A stretch of DNA of 64,000 nucleotides from Lytechinus pictus (lineage: Eukaryota): the NCBI RefSeq assembly GCF_037042905.1, contig NC_087246.1, positions 34,844,001 to 34,908,000 of the forward strand, in the 5' to 3' direction. The notes below the pieces were generated by a model that saw nothing but the letters and a program-made list of their open reading frames with translations, ran no database searches and was not told the DNA's origin. Position 1 is the first letter of the stretch, and each line of letters opens with the position of its first letter. Position numbers and translations under genes: made by a program. Below, in pieces: positions 1 to 14,843 of this stretch.

Positions 1-1036
1 TGATATTATACGCTTTTAGTGTTAGAAATGTCAGATGATCCATCTTTTACGTGTCAATTTTCGGCGTTCAATTTAAACCTGTTTTTTAAATAGCCATGTC
101 CCCGAGAAGATAAATGAGACCAGTTTTCTTTTCTTTTTAAGTTGGTGTAGAACCAACTCATAAGAAATATGATGAAAGTTTCAGGTGAAATCTTGGCAAA
201 GAGTTTTTCGATGCGCAGTCACTATTTGTCAGATTGCAGTCTGTACTTCAGAAAAAAAACATATCTGACAGAGGGCGCTAGAATTGTTAAACTGAACAAC
301 TCAAAATTGCATAAAGAGTCGGTCTTTTCTGTCTTTCTTAAACTTCTGAAGACCAGTAAAGTGTGTTTCCGATACAATGTTTGGGGGTATGGACATTCCG
401 TCAAGGTGGACTCTGGTCTAAGATTGTCCTTCTGACCTCTATCTCACACCATTTTCCAATCGAATGGTCAACTACTGTATAGTCAATCAAATCATTATAT
501 ATTGTATGAAATGGACTCTGGACGTTGAGCTAAGGACATGACGTACCGGTTGTAAAAGTATCAAACCCATTCAGAAATTGAATTCCATTTTATTTAAAAC
601 TAAATCAGATTGTTAGGTCAAGATCTCATAAGTGTATTCAGGAAAGTAGTCGTAACAAAGAACATACAAAAGTTAATTTCGCAAAAAAAGGTCAAGGTCG
701 ACAGAATACCATACCGTAATAGTGGTACCATTCAAAAGTTTGAATTAGGGGCATACTACACCTGACTAAAGAAATCATGCTGACCACATTAAGGGGATAA
801 ATGGGTAACAAAATACAAAAGTTGATTAGGCATAAAAATTTCACTTTCGAGATCAATGAAATATAATTTGGATCGTGTCCATATTCACACCCAAAGTGAA
901 GGGGGGGGGGTGGCATACTGTAAGAAGTGTACCGAGTAATTAATGACATTCGAGGGGGGGGGCAAGAGATCAATAGGTACATTTCAAATATTCCCATTAT
1001 CATGATGAAAAAGGGGTCAATGTATCCCATTAGGCC

Positions 1037-1421
1037 GGTAAATTGCCAATTCGTCTACTGCCAACTCGTCCACTCACCACATGGTCTACTTTCGTTTAGT
1101 CTTATGCCATTACGTCCATCAAAATTTCGTCTTACAACCATTTGGTCCAATCATCACTTCGTCTAGTCACCATGGCCATTTCGTCTCATGACCAGTTGGT
1201 TATCCATTTCATTTTCATTCATTTTGCACAATGTAACACTTATATAGTCCATTAGACCAAATGGTATATGGACTGAATGGCTATTGGACCAACTGGTTAT
1301 TAGACGGAATGGAATTAGACTAAATGAAAGTAGACCATGTGGTGAGTGGACGAACTGATGGTAGACCAAATGATAGTAGATGAGTTGGCAATTTGACGAA
1401 TAGACGAATTGGAAATAAACC
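1037..1421. mobile_element. Palindromic MITE, 8-bp TSD (copy A)
   Basis: GGTAAATTGCCAATTCGTCT...AGACGAATTGGAAATAAACC with TSD ATTAGGCC on both sides; second copy at 31203. Confidence 0.9.
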
Positions 1422-2411
1422 ATTAGGCCTGCCAAGCCCATTCAGAAAAAAAAGAAACCAAATGATTACAGAATACAGATGTTCAAAGTGTAGGTCAAGT
1501 TCTACAATTTTTGTCTGCTGAAGTAGATTAATTACGCTTTGATCTATATATCTCATATTTCAATCAAAAACTCGAAACGTCGTCCTTCGACCATCACGGC
1601 CATGGTCATGAGGGTCCGAGGTCTTACAGTAGTATTTTCCATGTGGCCATCGCCATCCTCGTCATTCCGCAAAACTGGGCAGCCTCCCCTGAAAAAAAAA
1701 ACCACCACGGCAGTGCGCCAATGACAAGCAGTATTATATCACAAATCATATCTGAAAGTATAATTGATGAAAATAATGATGCCGTGTGAAAAAAATGAAA
1801 CAAACAGACAAGACAATGAAATGACGTTGTAACCATCGAAGAATTATTCTTCTTTGAGTACTGATTTTCATATCTATAAACTGCATACCGGTATGTATAT
1901 TTAGTGGTCGTCAGTGAAATTATAACGTTTTTTACAACTATACAGAGATGGCAACATGGAATTTCGTTTGTTCTTTGTTCTTTTATCTCTTCTTGAACAT
2001 TTTTTATTGACTTGAAAATTTATAGGGGACATTTGCCCCTGTCCCCACCAGTGTAGCACTATACCGTCTCTGTTTCCATGTCTCCTTTAACATGTCTTAG
2101 ACATAATTTAATTCAGATAAAGTGATGTATGAATACAAATTGCTCGAAAAAATTATACATTTCATTTGATAATATCATGGACATGATGGACACAACCATA
2201 GCATTTTATTTTATATAAAACTAATTAAACACGGGCGAGAATTATGACATAACAATACACGTTCTTATCTGCGAAAAGCCATTGACTTAATAAGATAACG
2301 ATTCAGGCAATGATGATGCATCTTATTCTCCTACCATACGATTATAGCCCGATGACATAAAGTCGCTATTAATGGTTTGCAATAAAGATTTGAACTTTTA
2401 AATATAGCTTA

Positions 2412-2830
2412 AGCCGACCTCACACCTTACGATGGGTCTGCGACCCGATTTTGAAATAAAACGTAGTAGAATTCGATGCTAATATTGAAACATGGAATAT
2501 TTTACTGTGTAATGTTCTAAATCATCGTACGAATGCCTATGATCAAATATGTGACTATATGCTATCATCCTTCTTAGAATGAAAGCGAATTTAATATCTA
2601 GTCGCAATGACGTCATAGCAGTCGTACGATTGGCTATACGATTCGAAGCTAATTTGGCCTTTACTCCAAAATGAAGGCTTGCAATCTTTCAAAATGGTTA
2701 TATTCGTATTCTTTCAATTTATTTTAACCTCAAATAAAATGATATTTTCCATTCGCGTTTTCAGAAAATTAGCAAAATGCGATTTGTTGCAAAATCGGAT
2801 CGCGAACAATCGTAAGGTGTGGGGTGGTCT
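2412..2830. mobile_element. PIF/Harbinger-type MITE (copy A)
   Basis: TIR ...CACACCTTACGAT / ATCGTAAGGTGTG..., TSD TTA; homologous to 47492-47905. Confidence 0.85.
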
Positions 2831-3135
2831 TTATACAGGGGCTACGGAACAGTTTTGAAGGAGGGGGGGGGGGTGGGGGTTGAGCCGGCTGACCATAAAG
2901 AAAAAAATCATGGCCCCGTCTTATAAAGTATTACGATTGATCCAATAAATCTCAACTGTGTGGAAATGCATTATACCATAGTTTTTTTCTACAGGAAATT
3001 TGCTCAATCAAAGAGAAAACAAAGAGAATCCTACCGATTCTTCAAGAGAAAAATGAACGTATATATACATCATAATTATGTATAAAATATTTTGAACAAA
3101 TTTGCATTTTAGATGTTGACGTTGCTGGCCGTCCA

Positions 3136-3295
3136 CAGGGTCCGCGGAACGGTGTTGAAAGTGTGGGGGGCTGACCATGCAAACAATCACAATAATATGG
3201 TCCTTTTTACGTTTTTGTACACCGTTTTGGAAAAAGAGGGGGGAGGGCTGAAGCCCCCCCCCCTCGACCCCCGGTACCGCGGCCCGCGGCCCCTG
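3136..3295. mobile_element. Short GC-ended MITE with 5-bp TSD
   Basis: CAGGGTCCGCGG...CCGCGGCCCCTG flanked by GTCCA on both sides. Confidence 0.65.
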
Positions 3296-4483
3296 GTCCA
3301 TAGTTCACTTTTATTTCACTTTTATTTACTGCCATTGTCATTATCTTCTGTATTCTGTATGTATCAATGGGTGTCGATCGGTATTCTTGGTTGGGGGGGG
3401 GGGGGGTCTTGATAGACACAAATGTTCTTGTGGATGGGGATCTTTCAACATTACCCCCACTAAAATCACAAGTTAGGACATTTGGGAGTGGTTGATATGC
3501 ATGGTGTTCTTGGAAATTCCTTCATTGTTGCAGTGTACTGTACTTATATAATTTTTTTGAAAATTCAATTTGTGTTACAAGTAAGCCTATTCTAAACTCA
3601 TACGAAAGAAAAAATGACAAAAATTGTCTGGACCATGTACAAAGTGATCTGTTTATTGAGCATGATGTATACAACTTCTCTCTTAAATCTAACCCGACTG
3701 GCAATATCTTTTTTTTTCTTAATGCATGATGATAAAATGCAGATTCGGACAAATTAAGACTAGCACAAATTACAAACTATGTGGCTTCTCGTGCGCCATC
3801 GGGCTTACCGTCATTCCTTAGACGATTTTAACCCTGGATTTTAACATGTTTTAAATGCTTTATAAGTGCATGAAACAAAAACAAACATAAAAAAATCAAA
3901 ACTCAACTGTCATGTTATGATTTTTCTCCAACATTTTCTTGAACCATCAGTGTGTAATATCTGCTAATATATGTGTTAAAATGAAATTTACGTACCGCAT
4001 GAGTGTGCTCATACTATAATCATCACTATAATCATCATGATCAAACTTTTCATTTTTTCATAATCATTATCATAATTTTTCTACCCTTAATTATTGGGGG
4101 GGGGGGGGGGTGATAATACAGGCCACCCCCCACTTGAAATATTGGGGGGGGGGTATATCCCCCCATCCCCCCGTGATCGACACCCAGATAGTCACTATCA
4201 AATGTATTTCTTGAATTTCTGAATAATGTGTAAAAATCGATGACAAAATTTGAATTTTTGTAATAAATATATTTGCTCGACCGCTTCGCTCTCTCGAGAC
4301 TTTTTGTAAATTTTGACCGATACACCATATCCGGCCCCTTAAAACTTTTGGCCTATTACGCCACTGATCATTGCAGGCGACAACACCTGCGAACTAATTT
4401 GAGTTTAGAAAGGCCTGTATATTAGTATAATACACAAATGCATACATACCTAACTGAGAACGATATTGTTTTGGATATGTTAA

Positions 4484-5078
4484 AGGGGAATCCAACCCAA
4501 TTAAAAACTTGTTTTTATAAGAAAAAGAAAAATCAGACAAGTTGATAGGTGAAAGTTTGAACAATATTGGACAAACAACAAGAAAGTTATGAATTTTTTA
4601 AAGTTGTAAATATTGGTAATCACTATACTCATGGAGACTTCAAATTGGCCGCATATGGGATGTCATAGTGATGTAAGGCAAGGACTACTCTTCCATGTAC
4701 TCCACTACATATTACGGCTAAAATGTCATTTTTCCTATAAGTTTTATTTCAAATTATATTTTTCTTTCATGAGGACATTAAACAATATACTACCTGGGTT
4801 ATATTTAGATTACTGCCCCAGGGGAATTGGTACTTAGGAGAATACCACAAATCCCTGATAATAAAGTACATGGCCTATGGGAAAGTTGTCCTTGCACCTT
4901 GTCATAATTTACTTACCCAGTTGCCAATTTGAAATCTACATACTATTAGTGATCCCAATTTTAAAGCAGCTATAACTTTCTTTTTTCTTGTCCGATTTCT
5001 TTCAAATTTTCACCATTCTGTTTAATTTATTTTTCTCCTTCCCAATACAACATTTTATGGCCAAGGCTGGATTCCCCT
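4484..5078. mobile_element. TTAA-target MITE (Kolobok-like)
   Basis: TTAA|AGGGGAATCCAACC ... GGCTGGATTCCCCT|TTAA. Confidence 0.85.
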
Positions 5079-8000
5079 TTAAGGGAGGACGAGGACGAGA
5101 GATACAATCATAACACCATTATAAGGGCTTAGTTTTAATGCCCGAATATCAATATTTGTGCCTCAGTGTTTTCACGACCGAAATGAATAAAGAAAATAAG
5201 ACAGACAAGTTGACCGACAGATGGAAAGGTAGACAAACATCAGATATGAATAAAATAACAGTAATTGTTACAATTATTTTGAGTCTAGACAACTAGAGAA
5301 GTTCAGAATCGCAAGCGTTCGGTTCACGCGGGGGGGGGGGGGGGGGGTGGGGGGTTGGAGGCTTATCATGGTGCATGGTATATATGGCTTATCTAATCAT
5401 CAGAGACTTCACCTCATGCAGTCATAAATATTAATAAATACAAATCGAAAAGCCTCCTCCTCCCTACAAAAACAACAAAAAGAACATGCTCCTCATCGAG
5501 AAAACCATTGGTCGCACGAAAATTGAGAGAGAAGTGCAGTTTTGGGGTGTTTTTACATCGTTAATTCGACACTCGCGTTTCGCGCTCTACCGCGATCATC
5601 GACTGTTTTCTGGCCGCACTTGTCAAATAGTCAAGTGTATGAGGGGGGGGGGGGGTATGTGAGATTAGAAGTGAATAAAGTGGATGTTTTGTGTGTGGTC
5701 AATAAAAGTTCATGACGTTTTTTTTATTAAATCTTATTGGGCGGAGCGTACAAATTCATAACAGTATAATTGACAAGCGACAGTTCAGTCGGTAGACAAA
5801 CTTTTATCAAGCATATTTATTGTGTTGACATCGAGAGTTGAATAAATTGTTTGATAACATTACTCCGATCCTACGAAACTTTTTGAAACCCATCAACAAA
5901 CCACTTCCCGCCGGACTTCACAGGTACAAGAAATTAAGGGTGTGTGCATTGTTTTGAAGGTAGTACTTAACCCATTTTTGTTGAATAACTTAGTTTCCCA
6001 CGGATATTTTTTTATCTACTCATAATTTATAGCCGACAAAAATTTCCCGCCGAAACTGACATAAAGGCGGTGGTACGATAACATTGACCGTCTGACTAAT
6101 GTCCGTCGACATCGATCACAAACCAGTTGATCATAATTTATCGAAGATGAACTTCCTCAAAGCAATTCAAACTATCCGTGAAGGAACAATATATAATTTC
6201 AAAAAATAAGTTAAACAAACTTTAAAAAACCAACATGCTCCACATGACAATTGTATTGTTCCCAGCTCGTGTGCAGGGGCAACGTGTGGGTGTGACCATT
6301 AGACTCTGATCTGATTGGTCAGTTTATGACGGGTCATGGGTCACCATCAGCAAACTTTTCTTATCTTCGACATTATCCATCCAAGAAGGGCTCGCTGGGG
6401 GTGTGTTCTCTTCAGAGCTCGCTGATTGGATGAATGAATATCACGCCACTGAGATGCTTATCCACAAACTAAACAATAGTGTCCCATATGAATGATAAGA
6501 TAAGTTAAACATGTCCATGCGTTCTATATAATTCTAGCTGACGAGCTATTCTCTTATGTAGTGAAAATTTTGACCCCCTTTCAAGAAATACGTCATTTAA
6601 AAGTGAAATTTAGCTTGCCTATTTCGTTCTTAAAAGTTTCCCGATGAATTTTGTGTAAGATTGCAGAAAATTTCCTCCTCCATCTTTTCCTAAATTCCCC
6701 TTCTTCTTCTTCGTTTGGATAGACAATGTAGCATCTGGAATTTTCGGTTTTTAAACAATCTCATTTCAATGATTCATTCTGATTAGTAAAACTAATGTAT
6801 GATGATTGTTGGTAATAAACACAGGACTACTCGGGCTCAAACATGGATAAAATAAATGAGACAGTAGCTTTGGTGGCCCCATATTGCCAGATATGGTCAA
6901 TTTTGAGAAGTAAACAGTTTTTCATTTTTGGGGTTGCTCTAACAATGTCATGAACATTGTCAAATAGCTTGCCAACGTAGATTTGAGAATACAAGAGTCA
7001 TAGTTTTTTTTACAGGTTTTTGTTTTGGTGGTGCACCCTGATAGTAAAGCAGCCCATATACATTATATTTGCATTGAACCAGGTCACCTGTACTTTTGTT
7101 TTGCTTTCCCATACAACACCTGTGACCTGTTGTTCATCAAATTTCACCCAAAACCGTTGCCAATTTTTCTATACAACACAACCATTTCTAAGATGTGTCG
7201 TGAGTTCAAATCTAAGCCGAACATATATATAACTTTGCTTGGATTGCTAAATTTATTCATAATGATGATTATTCAAGGTCTTTAAAGTACCTATTACAAT
7301 TAAAAAGGAATACACATTATCAACTATATCCTTTCCTGACAACATTTATCCATGGACACAAGAAGTGTGCTACGTTAACAGATACGATGGGTTAAAAAAA
7401 AGAAAAAAGCAACACACAAACACACACTTTTTTCAACATTTTTTTATTAAGGATTTGATTCAAATAAATTCAAAATAATACACACCCTCACACACACACA
7501 CAATATCACACACACACCCACACACAAACAGGGCCATAAGCAAACGCAATGCATGAATATGGAAAGCAATGTTTTTAACCTACCTTGTAAAACACTGACA
7601 GGTAAATTGTGAATGCATTAATCCTGACAACAGTGTATATTATAATTCAAAGAACCGAGTATAATATTCTTATAACGTTTTATTTATTTCCTGTAGAAAT
7701 GTTCATTTACGAACGCCTGATTGTGAATTAATGAGAAATAAAAGGGGCGGACGACTAAAGGGGCATCCCTTGTGAGAAACACATATTGCGGAATAGCTTA
7801 TGCCCAAAGGAAGTTTTGCGGCACTTCGAAGGGTATTCTTGGTGCATTTCCCTCTTTTTCAAAGTTCATATGGACACATTAATTATTGTGTTATTATATT
7901 TTCGCATACAAGAGTTGATATTCTGGGTTGAGATTTTGAAGTCACCCCCCCCCCTGCTCTCCAGAAAATAACTCATTGCAATATTGATAAAGATTTTCAT

Positions 8001-11000
8001 TTTATAAAAAAAAATAATTATGGTCAGCGTATAGGGTACTTTGATGTGGAGAAAGAGAACACAAAATTGATGACGAATTTCCCATTAAGTAAGTACTGGT
8101 ATCATCTTGATAGATTCTGCAGTTATGCATCACTCTTTTCATTTCTTTTCTTTACTCTTTCTCTCTGTTTTTCTTCTCTTTTTTTTTCAACATTCTACAG
8201 TTATGCACCTCTCTTTTCAATTCTTTTATTTTATACTCTTTCTCCCTGTCTTTCTCCTCTTTTTATTCATTCAACATTTTTATCACTTAAATTAAACCCT
8301 GGTTTAAAGTTGTGGTTGAACTATGGAGAGCCAATTGGAGCACAAATCCCTTACAGTACACATTCAATTTACTAACTCATTTGACACCCAAATTGTTCAT
8401 AATTGTCTAGGAATGATAACTGAAGTATTCTTCTTAATTATGAAAGCAAATGAAAACAAAATAGTGAACATGAGAAATATACAATATAATTATAATTTTG
8501 ATTTTTTGGCTCCCATAATTTAAGCACAGAGTTAGACCGTGGCCTAAGTTAAACCTGACTTCAGAATACTGGCCAACGGGACGGCCACCCCCCCCCCCTC
8601 CTTCACCTCTGTGATGCCAAAATCCTCAACGTGAAGATACACCTAAAAGTGCAAGGAAACCCAATTACATCATCATCATGGATGTATAGGTTTCGAAATA
8701 AAACATTGCATTGTTCTATCCGGTCTCACGTTATAATTACAACGATTCTAGTTTTCCGCCGAACATGATTTTACTTCCAACTTATTTCCTGTACTTTGTT
8801 CATTTATGCTTTTGAAAACTTCACAGTTTACTTGATCAAAATGACAAATGGTTTGTCCAAAGTTTTTTTTTTATCATATGTTTTGATAAAATTTAAATAA
8901 TCATCAAAATGATAATTCATATTCCCCCGCTGATTAAGAATGACGAACTACGAATTTAATTATGAATAAAATGTGTCTATATTTGGAATAACAGCGATTA
9001 ATGTATTTGGCTTTAAAAATTGTGGATGGGGGCATTTTTGGTTACTACTCTACTGACGATGTTTCTTTTTATTATTTATTTTGTAGATCGATTAATATGT
9101 TACAAATTCAAGTAAATATGTTATTTTATCTTGTATATCTTGACTTATCTCTAAACGGAGCCCGTTAGATAGAAGAACCGTGCTGCAACGGTTGAACTGA
9201 ACAAAGCGATCCACCAGTGTTATTCTAGGTATTCTTATTAATGTTACGTTGTTATCACAGTCACGCGTTTTCATATTTACAAACAAAACAAAATCAAATT
9301 CAAACGACAATGTAATTGTAAATCATATCATTAGACTTCGACCTGATTAGCAGCAATCCAGAAGACGATCGTGAATGGCAGTTTCAGGAATCATCCTTCA
9401 ACAACATTGGAGTAGCCTGCAAACGAAAGGGATTCCTTTATCCATGGAAGTTGTAGCAAACATTGCGGGATTCATTTATTTTCTAAATTAAAGGGAAGGG
9501 AATTGAAAGTAATCACGACTTTGGATCTATGTAAAAAAACCAAAAACCCTCTGAGCTCTGAGATGAGCCCGATGATGAGTGGTAATAAGTAAGGTATTAT
9601 GACCGGGCCGTGTTTTAAGAATGATATGAGTATGGTTTTATCAAATAACAAGGATCAACATGACTATTTCCCCCAAACAAATAACACAAATAATTAGGAT
9701 CCGGGCATCGATAAAATCAAGGTTTCATTTTAAATTAGTACCTTCTCTGTATAAAAATCCAATGAATTCAATCCCGTTAAGTAAAAAAGTGAAATTTGTG
9801 TGAAGTGTTCGTTCTTTTATTTTTTATTTTTTACATTTCCGAATGCATTTTTTACAGGTAACTAATCTTATTCCTAACTTGTATGATTTAATTGTCTTTA
9901 GTCATTGCTAACATAATAAAAAAAAGTTTGACACTCAAATTGATGGCAGTATCAGCATGTGTAGAACGTCAACCTTAGAACGTGATCATAACAAAGTACA
10001 GGTGAACCCGAAGCAAAGTCGTTTAATGTTTTTTTTTTATGGCACGCTGATGTAAAGGGAATAAAAGTTCACAACAAGTATTTCATAAGGTTTAAAAGGT
10101 AGTATTTATTGTCTAAATAAATAAATGAATAAATAAATAAATAAATGGAATTTGCATTTTTATATGGTATTGAACATACATAACTTTAACACAGAAAATG
10201 AACATATTTACAGAAAGTCAAACACTGACATGTATAGACAATTCTGTGTACATTAATTTTTCCAATTCTGAATAAGTTGAGGACTAGACTGATATAATTT
10301 AGGGTTGACCTTTTTAGTCTTTACCGAGGCATTGAACGATATGGGAAGATTTCCATTGCATACCTTCCCAGCCCAATGAACCCTCAAAGAGAGAAACATA
10401 ACTACATGTATTGATGTTGAGGGTGTTACACGAAACTAATTTCCGATCAGTTATTGATATAGCTTATCAAGTTTGTTTATTGTTATAGTAAATTAAGTTA
10501 AACATGTATAGCTGCATAATCAATTTTTGTAATATCAAGTCAAAGTGTATTAAAAAAAAATCATTTTAAACTTAGATTTGATTTTAGGAACTAACAAAAA
10601 AATCAACTTGAGATTTGATTGTTATCAAATTTCCTGTAACACCCCAAAACGAAATAGAGCTCGATGGGAACACCTCCTTTTCCGATGTCTTCACACCGTA
10701 TTGTCAACCATGGAGCTAAACACCGAAATCCGCCACTTGAATACACCTGTCGAAATCATCATTAGTAATACGAATAAAATGCCTATGTTTCCAGTGATTA
10801 AAAAAAAGATGGTTAAAAGGCAGAAAACTTGCGCAGTGACAAATTAAAGATAAAGTTGCGTTTCGATGAAAGTATAATTGATTGATACAACAGCTAAAAA
10901 GAATTTGATGATTGATATGTACTTTGACCGTGACATCGTTTTTTTTTAATGATAGAATTTCAACGAAGGTTGGGCAAAAATCTACAGAAGAGTAAAAAAA

Positions 11001-12009
11001 GGTCGGAATTGATTTGTGACGTCACAAATGAGCAGGTTCCCATATGTGATGTAATATACATGTAAATTCTACATTACATTTTCCTCAGAAATTCAATGAG
11101 CCACTAAAAACAGCAATTTATGGAATTCATATTACAATAATGGGAGCAGGCATGCGCAGTGATTTTTTTCCTTGGTCGAAAGGAGGGGGGGGGGGGGAAG
11201 CGGGGGGCGAGATGATCATATAGGCTGCTTTAAAAATTCTTAATTCCAGAGAGGGTGGAACGTTCCCTGGGATTGCCGCCCATGGGGCTGCTCGACGTGT
11301 TCGTACGTGACGTCACAAAATAACAACTTTCAAATTCATCACTTTGTTATTCCTTGTTTAGTGAGAAGTCGCTTTCAAATGCAACAATATTTCAATGTAA
11401 AAAAATACAGGTATTTATCTGAAATTGACTCCTCCACTTTTGCCTGGAAAGATGAAAAATCAACCCCAAAATAGTACATTCCGATAACCTGAAATAAATA
11501 TACACAAAAGTAACACAGGCGTCTCGTGAACTTCTATTGCCACTGAACACCGAGTAAGTCAAGGTTTTTGCAAATTGCAGTTAGCGCACTTTTAGGTGAA
11601 CACAAAAGACAATAACTAGGATTTTTTTTTTTTTTGGGGGGGGGGGGGGTTGCTCTGCTAAAATAAAAACCATTGCAAACTCACTTGTCTCTTTTTGCCA
11701 GAATCCCAAACATCAACATTAACCCCTTCCTTCCTGATACTTTAAGGTTTTATGCTAATAATTATTATTTATTTATTAATTAATTTACTTATTTCATTTA
11801 TTTCTATTTTTGGGCGGGGGGGGGGGGGTCGATGACAATGTCTGCATTAGCATTTGAATTACTACTATCATTATGCCATTTGTATCCCATTTACTTTACT
11901 CATCTAATTAATGTATTATTCAACAATGCATTCATTAGTATCAAATCAATTAAATTAATAATAATCTGTTAATCAATAAACCCTCTACAATTCTTTATTC
12001 ACCAGTTCA

Positions 12010-12810
12010 ACCAATCGATCAATCACCCAAGTAATCCATCAATCAAGTAATCAAGTAAGTAACCAATCAATCAGTCAATCAATCAATTAACCAATCGACT
12101 TATCAATAAATCGACTAATCAATCAGTCAATCAATCAAGTAATCAATCAAGTAACCAATCGACTTATCAATAAATCGACTAATCAATCAGTCAATCAATC
12201 AAGTAACCAATTAACTTATCAATAAATCGACTAATCAATCAGTCAATCAATCAAGTAATCGATCAAGTAACCAATCAACTTATCAATAAATCGACTAATC
12301 AATCAGTCAATCAATCAATCAATCAAGTAATCAATCAACTTATCAATCCATTAGTCAATCAATAAATCAATCAAGGGACCGACCGACAAAACTCTGATTG
12401 CCAATAAATCAAACACTTACTCGTCAATCAAATAATCATTTTTAAATAATCATTTTCAAGTAATCAATCAAGTAACCAATCAAATCATCAATAAATCGAC
12501 TAATCAATCAGTCAATCAATCAATCAATCAAGTAATCAATCAACTTATCGATCCATTAGTCAATCAATAAATCAATCAAGGGACCGACCGACAAAACTCT
12601 GATTGCCAATAAATCAAACACTTACTCGTCAATCAAATAATCATTTTCAAGTAACCAATCAACTCATCAATAAATCGACTAATCAATCAGTCAATCAATC
12701 AATCAATCAAGTAATCAATCAACTTATCAATCCATCAGTCAATCAATAAATCAATCAAGGGACCGACCGACCAAACTCTGATTGCCAATAAATCAAACAC
12801 TTACTCGTTC
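12010..12810. repeat. (AATC)n-derived hierarchical tandem repeat
   Basis: 4-bp base unit, 52-64 bp intermediate units, and a higher-order unit marked by GGGACCGACCGAC at 12375, 12580 and 12759. Confidence 0.9.
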
Positions 12811-14446
12811 GTCATTCACTCACAATCACATAACAAATATATTAAAACTATTACCAACTACAATAATGAAACAAAGTCTACTTCTCGTTTTACTTTCTTT
12901 GTACAAAACAAATCTATATTTGCAACAGTCGGTCACTTCGTGCCACTGCACACATTGATACATTGAGCTTCAATAATATAACCAGGATTTACAAACAGAA
13001 TTAAGGCGTTAACTCAGCGATCGAAATGTTTCATAATTTTCTCCCAAGCTACTGATAATGTACATGCCAAAACAACAAAGTGTAACAAAGTGTGTTCCTC
13101 GTGTGGTCACATACGGTAGTCAACTACATGAAGTAGTCATTCACAGTTTCACACTGTGAAAATGCTCTTTGTAAAGATGATTTTTGAATTTCATACTGTG
13201 AAATTTACAGTGTGTTCACATAATGGACTCAGTGAATGAGATTCATATACACAAAGTTTGAACAGTGTGGAGATGATCACTTCCTATTGTGTTTCACACT
13301 GTGGTCTTTCCAGCTGGAGTGATTAAGTGTTATTTATTTTACAGGTAATATGAATTTTATAGGTATGCTGTAGTACTATAACAAGTTGCTTTTGTGCAAA
13401 AATCTCAAAATCCCTTAAGAGTGAGTTACATCTTTCTGTTTGTCCAAAACTCAACAAATCAGGGTTTTTTTACACCCTCACATTCAAACTTCCTGGAATG
13501 AACTACTCCTCTCATGATAACATGAACACTCAGGGCTCAAATGAAGGCTGTGAGGCAATTAGGCAATGATCATTAAACCAAAATTCACAATGTTTGGATG
13601 ATCGAGCAATTTTTGTTTCCTCTAGTATTTGTAAAGATCAAATGGTGAACATACATGGACCAACAAACAGCATGATCAGGGGCATTAACTTCTAATGTGA
13701 CCAATTAAATACAGGGAAAAATGATTGTATATCTCGCAAGAAATCACATTTCTATGATTTATGAAAGCCTGAATGGTACATTTATAGGCAATCCAATCGA
13801 CATTATTGAATTTTTTATATCTAACATTCCATGAAACCAATCAAATCTCACGTTCTTGTGTCTGAATTCATAGTGATTCAAACAATATAAACAAACAAGC
13901 TATGTGAGCTAACATCATTGCCCAGCATAGCACCGACAGAAAACCTTGACAAATAAATACATGTAGTGGAAAGTTATGTACCATGAAGTGATCGACAATT
14001 ACACTCACTTCAAGTATTTTTCTTACAACATATCTCAAATACATTTTGGACACCGAGTTAAGCTTATCACAATTATACACTGACTCAATGGCATAATTTT
14101 GCATACATCATGGAAAGCTTGTCTGAGGATTATCCAACATGGCACGGTAATGTAATGAATGACTGTCATTCCATGTGATGCTGTCATCCATTAATAGCAG
14201 ACCAATGGAATATCCAATGTTTTGTACTAAAGAGCCAACCAAAGATTGATGGTCGGCTCAACCAGTCAAGTTTTTTGCTCATGCACCAAAGTGAATAGGT
14301 GTAAGAAAACATGATATCAGGCAATGGCGCATCTGGGAAAAGGGTCTGCAATCATGCCCAGTTCCAGCTCCAAAGTTCTAGAACTTTGGAGCTGAAGTGG
14401 TTGCGGCGGGACTGCTCCTTTGTTGATAATCAGACTGAAATTCATA

Positions 14447-14834
14447 GGCCCGAATTCACAAAGGTGGTTTTTAAAACCATCGGTTGAACCCATGGTTTAT
14501 GCAGATATCCAGTATAAATTATGCTTATTTACCGCGTATATTAAAAAATGTCCAATGCTGATGCGCGCTTTTGTCACAGTGCGCCAAATTGAGGCCTGTT
14601 GCCGTGGTTATCTACGCTATTTTATTCATGAGTCCACTCTTCAAGCAGTAGACTCATAAGATAGCGTACTTAACCACGGCAACAGGCGTCAATTTGGCGC
14701 ACTGTGACAAAAGCGCACATCAGCATTGGACATTTTTTAATTTACGCGGTAAATAAGCGTAATTTATACAGGAAATCTGCATTAACCATGGATTCAACCG
14801 CGGGTTCACAAAACCACCTTTGTGAATTCGGGCC
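14447..14834. mobile_element. Fully palindromic MITE (PIF/Harbinger-like, 3-bp TSD ATA)
   Basis: GGCCCGAATTCACAAAGGTGGTTT / AAACCACCTTTGTGAATTCGGGCC; the arms pair almost to the centre. Confidence 0.9.
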
Positions 14835-14843
14835 ATAGTGTTT

